Assembly (NCBI GenBank): GCA_036172245.1
Contig: JAYWIR010000019.1
Span: 434,001 to 498,000 of the forward strand
Source of the DNA: Raillietiella orientalis
Taxonomy: Eukaryota
DNA length: 64,000 nucleotides
Reading direction: 5' to 3'
Shown piece after piece: positions 1 to 12,900 of this stretch (positions within the stretch are counted from its first letter, which is position 1; the number at the start of each line of letters is the position of its first letter). The notes beneath the pieces were generated by a model. It worked only from the letters and a program-made list of their open reading frames with translations. It was not told the origin of the DNA and ran no database searches. The translations under genes were made by a program, and so were the position numbers.

Positions 1-409
1 AACACCTATGGGTTTTGCTGGATCCACGTTGCAGTGCATATGTATTGGTACAGTTAACTATATTGCTTAAAATTTCGTCATGAAATAATTTTCGGAAATG
101 GGTCATAGGAGAGTAGGGTGCTTCAGTATCTTCAAGACAATTTCCTTTTCAAAGAAGATGAAGGCTGTTTTTTCGGACGGGATACTGACTGCCAAGAAAT
201 TTTTTTTGGAATTTCAAATTTTCATCATCTGATGATGATTCATCACTACATTCATCGTCGCTATCAGTAATATTTATATGCCGTCGGGTAAGCTCTGTCG
301 GCTGATCTTCGTCCGAGTCGGATTCTAATAAAGAATCCACGGATCTATTACTGCTAATGCTTCTTCTTATTCTTACTACTCTTTGATTTTTATATGCTCT
401 GGTATTCAA
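1..409 (-). pseudogene. piggyBac-like transposase, N-terminal part, with in-frame stop; runs off the window start
   Basis: The acidic N-terminus (SDSDED...DSDDECSDESSSDDE) reads through the TGA at 149-151 in frame into KGNCLEDTEAPYSPMTHFRKLFHDEILSNIVNCTNTYALQRG, which matches the start of the piggyBac DDE_Tnp_1_7 domain (P..YF..FF.DE....IV..TN.YA). Confidence 0.75.
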
Positions 410-1534
410 ATTTTAGGCCTCCAGTATATAAAACTAAAAAAAACATGAAAACATAGGCCTTGTCTGAAACACACCGAATTCTGCCGTCACAGCTCATTGC
501 GACTTGAAAGTCACAAAGCTGTATCATGTGAAAGTTATAACAAAATGGCTGTTTCAATGCAGACAAATAAGAGATTCCTGATACACAGACTGAAGGAACA
601 AAAAATAACACCTGAACAGAATTGTTCATACAACTGTTATCTGCAGACAACTCGCAAAAGCATTCACCTCGATACCTCGGGTTAGAGTTGGCATCCGTCA
701 CCGGGACTGTTGTTGGTTACCAAGGAAACGTTATACGACGAGATGTGTATATGCTACCTTGCGGTCAGAAATGAAATACATCAATAAGATATCGATGTAT
801 TAGTATGTGACTTCAAAGTCACGTACGGGCCTAATAATTGAAAACTATTTCGACTTCCCAATCATTTTGTCATTAGGAATAATCGGAAAGTCATCAGAAA
901 GGTCAGCCATTTTTTTTTAAAAAAAAAAAAAAAAAGAAAGGTGAAGAAACCGACCTGGACGTACTCTGGTCTAAGCTCGAACTGCAGAGTTTTTTTCGAC
1001 CGTTATTGCAAACCCCGAAGATACCGTCGTATCCGACACCGAGGTCGCAATCTCCCACATCCATCCGAGCTCGGCTGGGAATTCCTCTCACATCCCTTAG
1101 GTAGGGCTTTTTTTTTTTTTTCTTCTTAATTTCAGAATCACATTCCTTTCTGTGCGATTCACGCACGCATGAAGAGCCATTCCTCATCACGCACCCCAGA
1201 CGGCATTTCCTGACGATTTGCGCTCCTCCGGCAGCTGCGCTCCGTTCGGGAGGGTCTCCTTGTCCTTTAAACTGTAGATTTTCCACTGCATGACATTTAG
1301 CACCACGAAACAATACGGCCCTACTCAATACGATCTTTCATCCGTGCCAGCAATTAAACAGCCAGCCCGTATGCCGCGTCAGCACGCTCCATATGCCTCG
1401 GCTGTTTCACAATCACCAGGCGGACCCAACCTCACATGACTTGCAAGAGAACGTCTTCGAGTAAACTTTCGCCCGATCGCCTGCCCCGCTTCCTCCGACG
1501 CAACACTTCCAGTGCCCACTCCCACCCATCCGTG

Positions 1535-1536
<2 letters not shown>

Positions 1537-1587
<51 letters not shown>
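1537..1587. repeat. (TG)n microsatellite
   Basis: About 25 perfect TG units. Confidence 0.98.
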
Positions 1588-1588
<1 letters not shown>

Positions 1589-3016
1589 GTTTTTCCCTCA
1601 TGTTTCTTTCTCTATTAATTGCACTCTGGCGACCTGAAGATCAACCTGAGCTTTTAGTACCGATCCTGTTTTGGTTGCCACACATTCGCTTAGAAAATCA
1701 CTTCCTTATCGGTTAGCAGCCGGAAATATCAATTTGTGAGCTTATCATTTGAGCTGAATACGACCTGAGAGTACCAGGCTGCACACCGCGTCAATCCCAT
1801 CTATCCGTCAACATCCAAGTGTTAAATATTCATTTCCATTTAGTTCCTCTCCGGGGCAAAAGATATGTAGCACTTCGTCTCTGTTTACCACTTCTTTTCC
1901 AACACTGCCGGCTTTCAGTAGCAAATCAGTTTGTTCCTTCCTAATCGATCGCCCACGATGATCCATACAGCAGGACCCTCTTGCCTCGACACCCGCGTGC
2001 ATCCTCCAGCAGCTATCCTACGACTTCCCAAGCCTCACCCCAGAGAGGAGGACGGTCTGCACTCAGCGACTATTTAAATTAGCGCTAACTGATTCACCCG
2101 TTCGGTCCTGTTTCATCAGGAAGCATTAGATTTGCATATCCCTGATTAACGTATCGTGTGCTTCACCCTACCCTTTCTTGTGTTGCGTCTCGATCGGAAC
2201 CCCAACTTAGCCCTGATAAAAGGATTGATTTGCTCTCAAACAATCAAAGCAAAGGTGTACAAACACGAAAGGAGGTCGCCTCCTGGCGGACGGTCCATTA
2301 TTAAGCAGGACCTCCCGGTAGCTGTTCCAGCTAGCGCCAAATTAAGTCCCCTCCCCCCCCTTCCTTACCTGTCCTATGTCCGCAGCCACAGAACATCTAC
2401 GTGTTGGTACCATCCATCCCCACAAAACAAGCCGATCCTCTTGCAACACGAAACGCCGACAATCCGACGCCAACAAGGAAAACCCCCGTCTCAGTGCCGT
2501 TGCCATGGGCTCACCCTCAATTAGCGAACTTCCCCAACAATCGCCGGCTCGAATTATTTTTGGACTGAAATCCTAGCAACCGCGATCCTTTTTGACATCC
2601 ACCTCTCCCAGGTTAAAAAATATAAAAAAAGAAAGAAAAGCCAGTGGCGTGCGCGAGAAGTGTTCATAACAGCTTGAGCATAATTAAATCCAAATTTTAT
2701 GCGCATTTGCAATGCATAAATCAGCCAGCCATGTGCCCTTTCATCGTAAACAAACCAACTAAACTGAGTCTGGATTTTTTATATAAAACAAATCCTTCCC
2801 GCTCCCCCCCTTTCCTGTTAAAGGACAAACACAACTGTTAAAGGAATATTTTAAAGCAGGTTTGAACAACTTTTCGAACAATCTTGAATCTTCTATTTCA
2901 CATTATACAACTTGTGCTTTACATCGTACGCTTGTAACCATAACTACTAAAAACTGTAAATGGCATTTGCAATGCTTGCAAATTACGTTTTAATTGCGCT
3001 TCTCGCAGGCGCTCAC

Positions 3017-3070
3017 CACATTATAGAATATAATTTGACGGTTATTAATCTTGGCATTTGTTTCATCCAT
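3017..3070 (-). CDS. candidate 54-nt host exon of unknown gene in an AT-rich island
   Basis: Minus strand: TTTTTTTTCCCAG acceptor, an exon open in two frames (MDETNAKINNRQIIFYNV in phase 0), GTGAGC donor, then a 63-nt intron ending TTTACAG at 2954. No homology recognised. Confidence 0.22.
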
Positions 3071-3224
3071 CTGGGAAAAAAAAGGCACGTCTCAGCTTTC
3101 TCCAGAAGGTGGGATTGCCAATGCTATACGAAACGCGTGGATGCTGTTTGCTCCTGCGACCATCTCTGATCTCCGTAAGCACCTGTAGCAGGAAATAACG
3201 GAAGCGACTTTGCCGCTTGGATTT

Positions 3225-4610
3225 TCAACCAGATGCGCCAGGGAGTTCATTTAATAAAATAAAAATTTACAACTTTGTGCTAGGACCGGTGGTCTAACCG
3301 CGTCCACTTCCAAAGGAACCTGCCGGGTCGCCGGCAAGCGGACCGGTGGGGTTCGCCTTGGCAGCAGAGGGGAGCGGGCAAATAAAATGAAACAAGTGAA
3401 CTTGGGAAGGTGAGGGAAGGGAGCACATCTTGCTGGGAGCGGTCCTCTGCATTCCTTCGAGGATTCTGACAAGTTCTCTCTGCATGGTGTTCTTCAGGTG
3501 GGGAATCATCTTGGTGCCATTCTCATGAAACGTATGGCGAAGTGGATGGCACCCCTGTTACTCGGTCCTCTTCTTGCGTGGCTCCAGGACGACAGCCCCA
3601 CGTAGGCGGCAGAGAGCTGCTAGCGAGGCTGCTGGCCGAAGGGCGTCGCGTAGGAGGAGGGATCTTACAACGTCCCTGGAATTGCCTCCAGGGATACCTC
3701 GGATCGCGGAGAAGCGTTCTCAAAGGGGCCGGAGGGCAACAGAATCCACAAGAAGGCGCGGGAGGGATTCCCGCTCCTCGCACCTGGCACACTTCGGGTC
3801 CACACATACCTGTGTCCAGTGATGCCGGCGGGCGTTGCACGGGAAGCCCCAGTGCAGCAGTAGCAGCAGCGACGACTCCTGCCACTTCAAGGTACGGGTG
3901 AGTGTCCGAGAGACCACTGGGGGTCACTGCAGGGCTTCCACCGGAAGTTCCAGTAGTTCGCCCCAGCGCAACAGTCCACGAGGTGGGGCACTCGGGGTCG
4001 CAGCTTCCGTGAGCTGGCCCACCGTCCACTCGACCAGTCCTTTTCTCCTTGCGGAGATTTCCGCACTGACCCCCGATTTAGCCGCGAGGCTGCTGCCCAT
4101 TTGTTCCCTCAGGATACCGGGGAGCGTAGAAGCAAGGGAGGGTGATAACCCAGTCCACGCACTCTTTAGAAGGTATTCCAGGATCTTCCGGAGCGAGCAG
4201 CTGTCAAGGGAACCGCTCAGCAAACGCCGTGCCTGTTCCAGGCGTTGTTCGTTGTGCTGAGCCCACGCGCGAACGGTGCCCCGCGACCAGGCGCTACCGT
4301 TCGCGGGGGGCGGCAGGAGATCCATCCCATGTTCTTCCTGGCCAGCGTGGCCACCTGCCGGAGGTGCAGCCCGCAGTGGGAGAAGCTGCGGAGATGGCGC
4401 CGCAACGTGTCCCAGAGCCCTCGGTGAAACTCCGGATGGTGGGCGCGGAGCTCGGGACGCATTCGTAGCTCCGCCGGCCATCCTTGATGGCTCACAGCCG
4501 TTCACGCTTCTGGGGAGCAGGTTGAAGGCAAGGAAGCGCATTTCCTCGGTCTCGGACCGCTAGACCAGGCTTCTTGCCCCCCCTTCCTTCGCGGAAAAGA
4601 CTCGGCTTCT
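3225..4610 (-). mobile_element. L1/Tx1-like non-LTR retrotransposon 3' fragment (copy A): post-RT region, zf-RVT, 3'UTR
   Basis: WTVGQLTEAATPSAPPRGLLRWGELLELP, then LLHWGFPCNARRHH...DPKCARCEERESLPRLLVDSVALRPL (zf-RVT-like), with stops. Homologous to copies B (12.3-13.1 kb) and C (59.5-60.4 kb), including the 3'UTR. Confidence 0.8.
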
Positions 4611-5359
4611 CGGCTTCAGGTGGTGTCGTCAACCAGGCGGAATCGCCGCCGCGGAAGCGTCTCTCTCTCTTCCCTCCCCCTCCCCCGAACAGCCGGAAAA
4701 GCGTTCGCGTCTTCCCTGCATGCTAAGGAGAGCATGAGATCGCTTGCCCTCAGGCACTTTCCTTTTCCTTTTCCTCCCCCGCCACCGTCTGTGTGGGTGG
4801 CTGCCGTCGGGCGTTGCCCGGCGCGAGTCCACCTTTTCGTCGGACGTGCGGGAGGCCACGGCTTCGCTGCTGCTCCGCATCCCGAGGTGCGCTCGTTTCC
4901 ATGGAGGCGCGCCGTAACACGAACGCGGCGGCAGACCGGTGCCCGCGCGCGCCTCGCGTTCCCCTGCAGCCCGTGGCGGCCTTCCCCCCTTGTCCGCTCG
5001 GAGCTCCGATCGGCGGCGTGTCGTTCACTTTTCTTTCTTTTCCTTCCCTTCGCCTTCTTCTCTCCTCTCTTGCGAGTTGCACATACCTGCGAGCCAGCGC
5101 CCGAGGTGGCTCCTGGAAGCAGACCCTCCTTCTCCGCTCACCCTCTACTCTCGAACTATTTCGGGAGCTCCCAGACTGCTGTTTTGTCTCCAGGGGGAAT
5201 TTACGATTTCCTTCCTTGCTTTCCTATCTGGCCCTGGAGAAAGAAAGGATGGCACGAAGACCCAGGCAGGGCGCCTCGACTTCCGGAATTCCAGGGGAAA
5301 GGGCAGTTGGGATCTTGGTGAGCGTTGCATAGCTGACTCGGTTTCCATCCTCGAAACCC

Positions 5360-5765
5360 CGTCCTCGTCGTCGCCGTCGCCGTCACCACCATTATGCCCG
5401 TCGTCATCATCATCCCCAGCATACTCATACTCGTACTCACTCAAATCCTCATTATCATCTTCAGCACAGTCGTAGTCGTCATCTTCATCATCGTCGTCGT
5501 CATCATCATTCCCTTCTCATGGTCATCATCATCATCTCTGCAGCAGTCTCCATCATCATCTTCCTCCTCCTTGCCATCATCACCATCACCATGATGCCCA
5601 TCGTAATCCTCATCTTCATTGTCATTCTCACCATTACTATCATCATCTTCATCATTCTCCCTTCCCCTGATCATCGTCATGGCCATTGTGTCCGCCATCG
5701 TCGCCACCGACGTCTCTGTCATCGTCTTCCTTTTCCTCCTCGTCATCATCATCGTCATTATCCGC
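5360..5765. repeat. degenerate (CAT/CGT)n trinucleotide low-complexity tract
   Basis: Continuous TCATCA/TCGTCG/CCATCA triplets; explains the poly-D/S/I/H ORFs. Confidence 0.85.
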
Positions 5766-7149
5766 ATTCCCATCCGCCGCCGCTGCTTCGAGAAGGACTG
5801 CAGGCCATGCCTCCGTTCTTCTGCTGATCCTTTCCAGGAGCTCCGGAAGGATGGACGTCATAACCGGAGCTGCGCCCCCCTACGGTGCTACCCCCGCTTC
5901 CCGGCCGCTGACCCGACCGCCTTCCCACCTCCCGTCAAAGCACCGAAGCGACCAAGTTGCTCCGGAATGCCCGAGATTCCCTGAGCGCATGGCGGTCCCC
6001 GAGTCCAGGGCGGATCAGAGGCGGGTCGCTGGCTTGCGGCGAGAGCCCCTGCTGGGAGACGTCCCTCCTTCCCCGGGGACAGGCTCGACCTAGATCTTGG
6101 CCTCCGGGTCCGCTCCGCCCCCTGTCGCACGCCGCACCCGGCGTTTCGCCTTCGCTGAGGGGGCGGCCCCGACTGCTCCGCGCGACCGCGGTCACCCGAC
6201 TCCCCACCTCTTCCCTTCCACCTCTCCGTTCGCGGGAGGACGGGGGCTCCACGACCCTTCCAAGGACCTCTGCGGACCGGAAAGGCCTCGACACTCTTTG
6301 GCCCCGCGCGGCAAACGCTCGCGCTTCCTGCACACGTCAGATCCGTGGACCGGACACGCTTCACAGGGGTCCTCCGGTCCCCCGACGGAGGCCCCCAGGA
6401 CTTGCTGAGAAGACGGGAGCGAGGAGAGAGACTCCGGTTGTCTTCTGCCGCTTGCGGCAGCTTTTCCAGCCACCTGCCGCCGGTACGGAAGAAGGGTTGG
6501 CGGCGTAAGCTGACATGATGAAACAGCCTTAGGGAAAACGCGGGCGAACACCGGGTCACCACCCGCACACACCCCTCTTTCCTTGCATTCAGAAAACAAC
6601 TGCGTACTCCCTGCCCCAGGAGGCGCATGCGCAACCTGGAACGCCGTCTCCACCTGACGGGCAGAAGGGACAGGGCGCGGCGCGGAGTCGACCGGAAAAG
6701 CGCCCGCGATCCGCCTCCTAGACTGCAGCGTCCTCCGTTCGGTCTGGGAGCGCGCGCGCCGGCGCACTTTCAGAAGCGTTCCGCAGCCGAGGAACGAGTT
6801 TCGCCGACTGCCAGCCGCCACTGCTACCTCTAGCGTCAGTACTACCAATGCTGCTGCCACCACCAGCATTGCTAGTTTAGTGTTGCTGCCACTGCCACCA
6901 GCACTACTTCTGTATTCAGCACTACCAGCGCAGTGCTGCCCACCGCCGTCACTTCCAGCGATCAGTACGACCAGTGCTGCCGCCTTCAGCTTCGCTCGCG
7001 TCTCGGCACAGCCTACCGGTGCGTCCCGGATACGGGTCCCGGGCGCCCACCTCCGCTGGTGCCGCGGGAGCGAGGCGAGGGTTCGATGCTCCAAGGCGAG
7101 GTGGTTTCGTTCCGGACGCACGCGTCAGACGAAACCATCTCGCCGTTGT

Positions 7150-7795
7150 TTACTCCCATCTGTTTACGATCCTCTCCGCCCTTTGTGCTTCAGGATTCTT
7201 CCTCCGGACTAAGTGCGCGCCGAGAAGCATCAATCCTCTGTGGGACTCTGTAGGAAACTCAGTTACCGAGGTGTGGATTCTTCGGTAGCAAAATTCCCGA
7301 ACCGGCCTCCTCTTCCCGGATCGTCGGGTCATTTATTAGGAGTAGATAAACGGAATTTCGGGAAAGTCTTCTCCCTGTCGGCAGCCTTCCATCCTTGTGT
7401 TTCTTCAGCCAAGGGGAAATCTCATCACTCAGGTTGGGGCTGGTCATCTCGAGTTCCTCTCCGCTTCTGAATTTGAAAAACAGGCTGCTGCGCGTCAGAA
7501 TCGAGGGGAACAGCTTCTCACTCTTGTCATTCAAGGAGGAGATCGCCTCGGTGGTTCGATCAGATGCCCAGATGGAATGCTCGCCCGCGACTGTCGAACC
7601 CGTGTCATGGTGTTTCAAGGTCGATGCACCAGAACTGCTCGTTGGTCAGCTCACCTCACGAGAAATCTCTCCATTTGCTGGACGCATCCCTTGCGGATCG
7701 AATCGGCAGCTGCTTCTCAAGTCGTGCAGGACACGACTGAGACGGTGCTTCCAGTAGTCCCTTCTTACGCTGAAGGACGCTGAATTCCGTCATGA
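7150..7795 (-). pseudogene. possible BEL/Pao gag relic
   Basis: MTEFSVLQRKKGLL then, after a frameshift, KHRLSRVLHDL resembles BEL gag N-termini. Downstream RLP...F and IH...A...NR(W) spacing loosely follows DUF1759. Very decayed. Confidence 0.25.
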
Positions 7796-8193
7796 GGCTG
7801 GGGTTCCAGATCTTTCGATCGCTGTCTGAGCCCCAAGATTCTAGTGACCCCACGAGGATTGCGCTCACTATCCTTGTGATCCCCTTGGAGAGCATCTGGG
7901 GGAGTGACTCGACGACATTTACTCTCCTCGTTCTCCCGAGCCAGCCTGCATGCTTCACGGACGTCCTCGAAATCCGAATTATGGCTCGATCTCTTCTTCG
8001 CAACTGGAGATCAGACGTAACTGCGAGCCAACGTCTGGCATTTACGGTTCTCGAGAGACGAATTCTTCCACCTTCCGCGTGCTGGTATGCGATGCGGTTG
8101 ATAACAGGAAGAGCAACTGCAAGCCTGCAGAGCCTCTCTGCGTTTCCCCTCAGAGCCTCACTCGCGACGCGCTGGCTTTTTAATAGCTCACCC

Positions 8194-8421
8194 TGTATTT
8201 TTGGATCGCATTGTTGGCCGCGACACGCTGACGTCACGCCGCAAAGCTCCACTTGAGGCGGGCCAGTTCAAAGTCGCTCTGCGTGTATTTTTTTGGATCG
8301 CATTGTTGGCCGCGACACGCTGACGTCACGCCGCAAAGCTCCACTTGAGGCGGGTCAGTTCAAAGTCGCTCTGCGTGTATTTTTTTGGATCGCATTGTTG
8401 GCCGCGACACGTTGACGTCAC
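8194..8421. repeat. 92-bp tandem repeat, about 2.5 near-identical copies, each with TGACGTCA
   Basis: GGATCGCATTGTTGGCCGCGACACG starts at 8203, 8295 and 8387; units differ only by a few substitutions and T-run length. Confidence 0.95.
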
Positions 8422-11029
8422 GGTGCTCCATGCCCATCCGCAGAGCGTGCTGCTTTGAACGCTTTTGCCGACGCTCTTCCAAAGCACAAGGCTGATTCGG
8501 AACGCTGTTTCGTTGTGCCCCGTAGGGAAGAAGTGAAGTGGCTCCGCAGTGGAGGGTAGTGCATCCCTTAGTTTCACGTACGGAAGGCCTTTCTGAAATA
8601 AAGGAATAAAATTTGAGAAAATTCGGGAATAATGGGGGGAACGAGTATTTTGCGGTTCTCCCACCATTTGAAGTCTTCTAGCTATCGACCACGGTCCCAT
8701 CACCGTATTTTAAACTTCTTGTCCAGAGTCGGACTGAGAAAGGAACGGGGGGAGGGAAATGGGGTGGTACTCTGGCCACGACAGTTCTAATTTACATCCT
8801 GGTTTGGGCCGCTTCATGTCACTCCGCACGAGGAGGATGGCGGCTCCTGGGATGACGGCCACATCGGGTGATCGGGTGAAAAGTGCCAGTCTTCGGCCTT
8901 CATGCCCAACGGCATGTAACCGGTCCAGTCCGCCTTTATTTACTGACCGACAGGCCTTCCTCCCTCGCTCCTCTTCCCTCCCATTGAAATTTGGGTCAAT
9001 TCGTTCCGGGAACCCTCTCTTGTCGTATTTTGTTTATCGTCTACATAGAGTAGGGGGTCTGGCGTGCTGGAGCGAGTGGGCCGTCACCTCGCAGAGTGCA
9101 CTCTGCCCTGGTTCTTTCCTGTTTGTGACTTGTGCAAGATGTGCTTGGTCTCAGGTTATCAGGAGCTCGCTGATCTCCAAGGTCGCGACACTTTCGGAGC
9201 ACCTTCTCACCCTCTGGATCGCACCGTCCGGTTTCCGCCGAACTCGTGGGCATCACCGTGCAAGGAGCGAACGCGTCGGTGACCTCGCATGGCGCGTTTC
9301 GCCGAGTAGTCCGCCGCTGGAACAGGAGGAATCTGCGCGCCGCCGTTTCAGCTTCCGGTGGCTCTCGCTCGATGGTGCTGCGTGGCACCCCGCTCCCGTA
9401 GCAGCATTCTCGATGCGTGCTGCCATCTCGCCGTGACTGGCAGAGGTCGGGCCGCGGTCGCCGGAGCTCTGATCCCGCGCTGCGCTGCTCTCTTTGGGCA
9501 TCTACTGTCCGGTCCGCTCCCCATGGCCCTGCCTCGCGTGGGCATGGCACACGTGGACCCTCTCCGCGTGGACGACCCGAAGGTCGCGCTCCCTGACGGT
9601 GGCGTCGTACATCTCGCAAGCGCCGACCGATGCGATGATTTTGCCCGTCCGGCTCCCTTCCTCCCTAGCGAACGCTGCACCCAAATACGCTTCCTCGGCT
9701 CCATGGCAACGCGCGCCGGCAGGGAAGAGAGGGGGAGGAGGTGCAGCAGCGGATTTCGAGCGGTCCTTCGTTTCTCACCCGGTTGCGCCGGGGCATTTAT
9801 TCTTCCGAATAAAACGAGAGTCTGTGGCTTAACTGGTGATCCAGCCATGCACGAATAAACATGAGCGGTCCTTCGTGGACTCTTCCGCGCCGAATCGATC
9901 CCGCAGGATTCGCGCAGCCCTCCGAAAGGCGGCAGCATGGGCTCGATCGATATCCCGGCACGGAGACGGAGTTCGCTCCCGCGCGTCGGCCGTCGGCCGA
10001 ACGAGGGTGGAGTCCCCCTCCTTTGGGGACGTTTCGGGATGATCAGACGATGTCAAAGATCCGGACGAAGTATCATCTGATGCTGGAGGTGTTCCGGGAA
10101 GCGGAATACCATCATCGAAAGAGGTGATGCTGGGACGGGCGGTCGCGGAGGAGACGCGCTCCATGGCATCCCCCCCACGCGCGCAGACGTGTAGCTGGGG
10201 AGCCTGGACCGAGATCCGCAGCGGAGGACCCGCGGGCACCGAAGACGTGGGCTGGGCGGCTCGAGCGTGACCTTGAGGAAGCACCTCTGCCGGTGTCTGA
10301 GGGTGTGCTCCGGATGTATGAATGACTGGTCCGCGCGCGACTCCCATCCAGCCCGGTCCAACGTGAGCAGCGCTCGGCAGGACGTGGCTTCCTCCGGCAG
10401 ACACCAGGGGAGGGTCGTCAGGACGCGATACTGACCCCGCCTCGAGCGTTTCCGTGTCCCCACTTGCAGAAGGAGATTCCGTTCCGCCGTCGCGCCGACG
10501 ACGCTCTCTGCCTCCTCCCGGGAGGGATTTTTTCATCTTTCATCACCCCACACCTCCCTCCGCGGTCGCTGTCCCCGGATACCGCACCTGACCCCCTGTA
10601 TCGGGGACGGCCACTGACCCCCGGACGGTAGGCTGGAAATTCCTCTTTGACCTGCCACCCCACATCAGAGAAAAAATTTCGCATTTCCCCTTTAAAGAAG
10701 CGTCTCTAAGAAGAGCGGCCGTCTCCTTCCGGTCATCGCCTACGCCCTGGACGTCATCACCGCCAGCGTGGTCGCTGTCGCGTCATCACTGTCGGCGCAG
10801 CGGCCAACGTCGACCGGATGTGGAAGCGATTGTTGTGCTCTTCTCAGCGGAAAAGTTTTTTCTTGAAGTATGCGGTATCTTTTCGCGGTCGTTGAAGGGC
10901 AGAAATGCCTGAAAACGCCGCTGTTAAAGGCAAGGGAGGCGGGAAAACCACGTCTACGAAGCCTGTGGAGGTGGGGTCTCGCCCCACCACCCAACCGACC
11001 CCGCCATCCCGGAGAGGGCATGGAGCGCG

Positions 11030-11665
11030 GTGGCAGAGGCAGAAACGCCTGACGTCGCCGCGGAAATTGCGGCCTACATACAAGAGGGCTATAATCCCGC
11101 CCTCCTGTACAAGGTAGGCAATTTATACTCGCCTCTCCGGACGCGAAAATCTGGAAATGCCATCCTTAAGATGGGCATTAAGGAAGAGGAGATTGCGTGC
11201 CTCTCCTCTTCCTTAATGCCCAGCGGCGGGCAGTTCGCCGAGTTAATCTGCCGAGATGCAGCTCTGACTCACAGACTGCTCTGCACTCCCGTACAGATGG
11301 AGGGCCGCAACATCCTTCCCTACACGATGGGTCGCTCGATCGTCATTCACCTTACAGACACAGCAGTGAGAATGGCCGTTTCGTCCATTCGCACTGAAAT
11401 TGAAAAGTATGCGATCATCCACGCGACATGGCGCCAAACCCAATCCATTCGAGATAAAAGGCATGTCGCTGCACTCGTGACCATGCTCTAGGGATGCGAA
11501 CTGCTCCACAAACTCCAGATCGGCAACGAGTTTGTCGACGTCTGGTACGTGGAGAAGCCGAAAATTTGCGGGCTATGGAAGACCTTCGGGCATCTCAAAA
11601 AGAGATGCCCAGACGCATTATGCCCCACGTGCGGCGAAAAGGGCCATACCGAAGTGGTTTTGTTT
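11030..11665 (+). pseudogene. L1/Tx1 ORF1 (gag-like; RRM-like region plus two CCHC knuckles) with in-frame TAG at 11489-11491
   Basis: Reading past the stop gives GCELLHKLQIGNEFVDVWYVEKPKI-CGLWKTFGHLKKRC-PDAL-CPTCGEKGHTEVV(C), a tandem zinc-knuckle array typical of Tx1/L1 ORF1. Confidence 0.8.
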
Positions 11666-12900
11666 TACGGCTCTTCTCCTTCACCCCCTACTTTTTGTTT
11701 CCCCCACCACCACCACCGATCATGAAGAAAAGGACCGAGGGGCTCTTCAGGAAAACCCTTTGGGGCACAGGGAGGTCCCGTGTCCTCTTAAAAGACTTGT
11801 GCGCTCCACGCAGGGACGGTGGATTGGGTTTTCTTACGCTGGAGCGCATTCGGAAGATTCGCCCTTGCAGAGAAGTTTTGGATTACACCTTGGTGCAAAC
11901 CCGCACTCCTCCTCGCCAGCAGAGCGACCGGCTGCGAAGGATTGTCCTCGATCCTCGTGGCATACCAGAGCAGCTTAGGCGACTGTGGCCATCAGCTGCG
12001 CCAGATGGCTGCCCTGACGAGGGAGGATACCTGGATCTCCTGCCTCCCCGCGAACTGCACTGCCTAGATTCAGGAGTCAGTTTCCGCGTGGGCCAAGATC
12101 AACGGCACGAGCGAGGCGGAATCCAACTGCCTCCGTCGAGGACCCAACGCTCCCCTGCAGGAGATCATCAACAAGTCGCGGAAGTTTCTGTGGGCTTCTT
12201 TGACCCCCCTTGCCCCCGTGCTGTCCTCCCTCAAGAACATTAGGAACAGCAACGAGCGAGCATCGTGGGAAGTGTCCTGCCTCATCCGAGGCAGGAGAAA
12301 ACCACTGAAGGCGTGGACGACTCGGGAGCTAGCGGACGCTGCGACCCCGAGCGTCCCGTCCAAAGGACTTGTGCGCTGGGGCGAGCTGCTGGGCATACCT
12401 CCGGAGGAGGTGAAGTAGCCCTCAGCGTGCTGGGATAGTCGCACCCTGTCCCTGGAATGGCAGGAGACGGCGCTGCTAGTGTTCCATTGGGGACTCCTTT
12501 GCAAAGCACGCCTCTCCCATCGGACATTCGGGACTGTGGATGCCAATTGTGCAGGGTGCGGGGAACGGGAGACCTTCCCCCACCTCAACATCGAGTGTGT
12601 CGCCCTTCGACCCATGTGGGATCGACTGTCGTCGATCTTGGACATTCCCGGGGGCGATCCAAAGGACCTTTTCCGTCGCCTCCTGATGCAGGACGCCCTG
12701 CCAGCAGCCGCGTGTGTTGCAGTTCTCTGCTGCATACGCGGAATCCTTGCAAAATGATCCGCGTAGAGGACAGGCCACAATAGCCGGAACGCCATCCACT
12801 GGGCGGCTGTGAACATTGAGAAAGCTTTCCGATGGCCCTGAGTAAGAACTTTGCGACCAGCACTTGTCCGCATCCTGAACAGGATGCAGAGGACCACTCG
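11666..12900 (+). pseudogene. L1/Tx1 ORF2 C-terminal region (post-RT and zf-RVT), frameshifted
   Basis: LFRKTLWGTGRSRVLLKDLCAPRRDGGLGF (the post-RT FLW...L..P...GGLG motif) and FHWGLLCKARL...DANCAGCGERETFPHLNIECVALRPMW (zf-RVT). Confidence 0.85.

Noticed and set aside
410..900. piggyBac 5' TIR with TTAA
   Set aside because: No convincing TTAA-CCC terminus, and the partner end lies outside the window.
1808..2560. Possible gypsy protease/integrase remnants
   Set aside because: Only vague resemblance; catalytic motifs are absent.
3075..3182. FWRKLRRA resembling a TIR-domain box 3
   Set aside because: Upstream sequence shows no TIR features; short chance match.
5145..5984. Acidic or hydrophobic ORFs
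   Set aside because: Translations of a trinucleotide microsatellite in several frames.
8194..8421. CRISPR-like periodicity (also 18950-19250)
   Set aside because: The whole unit repeats with no unique spacers, there are no cas genes, and the context is eukaryotic.
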